Source: Rhizaria sp. SCN 62-66 (Eukaryota). From it: a stretch of 33,779 nt of DNA. Positions 30,619 to 33,779 of the stretch are shown in pieces. The notes under the pieces were generated by a model. The model was not told where the DNA came from. It searched no databases and saw nothing but the letters and a program-made list of their open reading frames with translations. The stretch is from NCBI GenBank assembly GCA_001724265.1, contig MEDY01000101.1, positions 124,001-157,779 on the forward strand, written 5' to 3'. Both the position numbers and the translations under genes were made by a program. How positions within the stretch are numbered: the first letter of the stretch is position 1; the number at the start of each line of letters is the position of its first letter.

Positions 30619-33197
30619 TTAGACGGGCGGCACGGTGGCGGTGGCGCTGGCACTGGCGCCGACGCCGCCGGTGAGCATGCCCTGCTCGCGCATCATGCCC
30701 AGCACCGACTCGTAGGCGAGGAAGCCTGCGGCGTTGGCGGGCCACGCGCGCAGCGTGCACACGCCGAAGCCGCGCCACAGCTCGCCCCAGCCCTTGCGGC
30801 GCACGGTCTGCTGCACGGCGGAGAAGAACCCACCGTCCAAAAGCCAGGGGTTCTTCTTGAAGAGCGTGGGCTTGTTCCACGGCTCGGCCTGGATCTGCGA
30901 CTTGATGTAGTCCATCGGGTAGGAGGCCACCCAGGCTGCCATGCCCGCCGCGCCGCCAGAGAAGAGCAGCTCGGCGACGGACAGCTCCGACTCGACGCGG
31001 TTCCCGTTCGCCATGAAGCGGCGCTTGAGGTACTCGTAGCAATAGAACTGGCCCGCGTAGCCGGGGATCTCGCGGTAGACCGTCGCCGCCATGCCGCGAA
31101 ACAGGCCTGGGGGGGAAAACGAAGAACAAGAGAAACAGTGAGAGTACATGATGAGAGACGAACATTTGGGGAAACACACAGAATTAGTCATATATGCCTA
31201 TTATGAACGGATATTTAGTCGTGTTCTGGTACTTCGATACAGAATACGTCTATCCATATGTGATATCTTGCGTACCCTTGATGCCCGAGGCCTTGAGGAT
31301 GTGCTGCACGCAGTCGAGCGGGCCCTGGAAGGCGCGCCCGGCAGACGTGTTGCCGTACTGGATCTGCAGGCGCGTCTTGATCAGCTCCACGGGCGACACG
31401 ATCAAGCTGTTGATGGCGCCCGCGTACGCGCCCGCGGCGGCAATCTGCCACAGCTCCAGCTCCTTACCCACGCCCGCCTGGCGCTGGAAAAAGTCGCGAC
31501 CCTGTAGTTCAAAGAAAGAAAGCCGCCACCGGTCAGCAAAGATCAGGCAAAATAAGTAAGCGGAATGAATTATATAATCACAAAGACGATATGTTTTGAG
31601 GCTGAAACTTTGATATAGTAAAATATAATAATATCAAAAAATGTAAATATTATTGTAATTAAAACGGGCAGCCTTATGGTCGAGAAACCCCATTTTTTGT
31701 TTCTCACTCTCTCCTTCCGCGAAGGTCTTGATATCTCGAGATAGATAGACGTACCTGTGCGTATGCGGCAAAGACGAGCGCGTTGAGCAGCGGGATAGTG
31801 GCCATGGGCGATGCCATGCCCTTGTACAGCGCCCAGGGCCCCTCCTTGCGCACGGTGTCGAGCACGACCTGCATCGCCGTGCGCGACCGCGCCGCCGTCT
31901 GCATGCGCACCTTGACCGTGTCGAACGGGTGCCCCACAAGTGTAATAGCCACGCCCGCGGCCGTGCCCGCCACGAAGTCCTGCAGCGGCGACGCCTCCAG
32001 GTGCATCTTGTGGTGCAGGAAGTCGCTGCGGCCCGCCTTGTACCACGATTGCAGGAAAAGCTCGCCCTCGGAGCGCGGGGAGCGCAGGTAGATCTTGAGA
32101 ATCTGTCATTGTTGAGATACCAAAACAGAAATACACAAAAGATATTAATAAGACATATGATTAGCGTAATTTGAAATAAAAACAAATACTGTGGTGTAAT
32201 TGAAAGTCTAAATTTGAAATATAATACTAATTTTCAATTTTACTGAAATCATTAGGAAATATCTTGGTTTTAGTAAAATGACGTGGGAATTAGGCGCACG
32301 TACCTGCGCGAAGTGGATCTCCTGCTGTTCGCCGCCCTTGTTGACGGCGCGAAACATGTGGCTGAGCTGTTTGTCGCTGGGGTTGAGTCCGGCCTCAAGG
32401 AAGGCGGACTTGACCTGCGTGGGCGTGAGCAGCATGTCGTGCTTGAGACCGAACTTGTTCTGCATCAGCGTTAGGCACGCGTAGATGGCGTAGAACTCAG
32501 CAAAGCTCACGCGGCCCGAGCGCGTGGTGTCGGCGATGCGGAAGATGCGCTCGGCGTCGGCGCGCGTGAAGCTGATGGACGCGTCGAACATGCCCAGCCC
32601 CACGACCAGGTCGTCAACCGTGATGGTCTGGTCGTTGTCCGAGTCGAGCTGCGTGAACACGTCAAAGGCGCGCTGGATGCACGCCAAACGCGACGAGTCC
32701 ACGTGTCGCCGCTTGATCGGGCCGAACGCGTGCGACGCCGACCCGAACGCAGGCGGCAGCGCAGACTGAGCAGCCTCGGAGCCCGAGCCCGAGTCAGCAG
32801 CAGCAGCGGTAGAGGCAGAGGCAGAGGCAGAGGAGGGGGCGAGTGCGGCGGTGGTGGCGGCAAGGCTGCCGTCGTCGTCCTCATTCTCGTCGTCATCGTC
32901 GTCATCGTCGTCGTCGTCGCCCTCGAGAGAGAGCATCACCCGTTGTGGCTGTTGTTGTTGATGTGTCCCTGTAGTTGTGGCAGTCGAGACGGCGGCCGCG
33001 GTGGACTGGGCGAGCGCGGACGCGGCGGCGACGGCGGCGGCGGCAGCGGGGTTGGCGCCGGCCCCGCTGCCGTTTGCGGCTGCTGCGCCGCCGTCCGGGC
33101 CCGTGGCCGCGAGCGCCGATGCGCAGAGCGCGACGGGGTAGAGCGCGCTGAAGGCCCGCATGACGCGCGCGTACAGCACCAACGACGCGCGGCTCAT
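30619..33197 (-). CDS. EF-hand-containing mitochondrial carrier (SLC25), carrier domain carnitine/basic-amino-acid type (>=651 aa, >=4 exons)
   Basis: Exons (33197 or upstream)-32304, 32102-31755, 31501-31276, 31106-30619. Junctions: HFAQ|ILKI, AYAQ|GRDF, GIK-G-LFRG. Three Px[DE]xx[KR] signatures: HPFDTVKVRMQ, SPVELIKTRLQ, YPMDYIKSQIQ. EF-hand loops DSDNDQTITVDD and DTTRSGRVSFAE, plus two degenerate helix-loop-helix units. The start is uncertain: the first in-frame ATG is 33197, but the frame is open up to 33281 and an upstream exon (ATG 33506) is possible. Confidence 0.9.
32811..32918. repeat. Coding simple repeats: (AGAGGC)n (Ser-Ala) and (TCG/TCA)n (poly-Asp)
   Basis: Hexamer run at 32811-32833 and trinucleotide run at 32871-32918, encoding SASASAS and DDDDDDDDDENEDDD upstream of the EF-hands. 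Confidence 0.7.
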
Positions 33198-33779
33198 CGA
33201 CGCAAACGGTGACGCGTCCGACACGGCGGCAGCGGCGGCGACAGCGGCGGCGGGTGCGGCGACGGCGCGCGGCGGGGCGCGCTAGGGAGACGACGCCAGA
33301 GGCGCGGCAGGCGAGCCGGAGGGGACGGGGCAGCGGAGCACGTCGCGGACGCGAACGGGCGCGTTTAGCGGCAAAGGCGCGCGGGAAGGGCCATGGGTGG
33401 CGGTAGTAGCGTGGGAAGTTGAGATTTCATGTTCGAAGGCGCGTGCGGGGGCGGTGCACGAGTTCAAGGAAAGAGAGGCTAGCTTGCCTTGACCGTTGGG
33501 GTCCATTTTGATCGCGAAGCTTACAGCGGAGACAAACAAGTCTGTTTGGTTTTTTCGTTGTGGGAAAGCGTAAAAAGTGCGTTCTTCTTCACTAACCAGC
33601 AATAAGACATCAACTAACGGACGGTTAAGTGACGTTGAGTGAGGTTTAAAAGGCTCGGCCCTCTAGCCTCCGAACCACACCTCACACGGGGGTCGCGAAT
33701 TGGGCCGTTTGCCTCTCCCACCCCACATGTTTGTGATGTTGAGGCACCCCCCATCCCCAATAAACATCCCTAGATTACC

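Noticed and set aside
33282-33284. TAG reassignment to a sense codon (none of the 7 genes ends in TAG; one in-frame TAG here)
   Set aside because: Thousands of codons in the long exons contain no internal TAG, and the in-frame TAGs at 9562, 10203 and 33282 all sit at acceptor-like positions.
1-33779. Prokaryotic operon, CRISPR array, transposase/RT gene, rRNA or tRNA
   Set aside because: Spliceosomal introns and eukaryote-specific genes occur throughout; no repeat-spacer array, terminal repeats, cloverleaf or catalytic mobile-element motifs were seen.

Overview
Eukaryotic nuclear DNA, probably from a microbial eukaryote (lineage not assignable from the sequence alone). Exons are very GC-rich and Ala/Ser low-complexity-rich; they are separated by more AT-rich GT-AG introns of 107-306 nt. 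I reconstructed seven protein-coding genes: (1) 5'-truncated ATG2 (+, <3..7139); (2) a five-exon, ~2709-aa coiled-coil protein (-, 16645..7966); (3) an MRH-domain mannose-6-phosphate receptor/Atg27-like membrane protein (+, 17531..18452); (4) a VIT+vWA protein with a Cys-rich tail (-, 23480..20823); (5) an HSL-family alpha/beta hydrolase enlarged by insertions (-, 27655..24177); (6) a divergent five-exon SRP9 that the ORF track misses (+, 28146..29272); (7) a mitochondrial carrier with N-terminal EF-hands (-, ~33197..30619). The most unusual item is gene 7. Its EF-hand domain is spliced in frame to a carrier with carnitine/basic-amino-acid (SLC25A20/29-like) signatures, rather than to the ATP-Mg/Pi or Asp/Glu carriers that normally carry EF-hands. 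No rRNA, tRNA, CRISPR or intact mobile element was recognised. All family assignments come from motif recognition by eye, not database searches.
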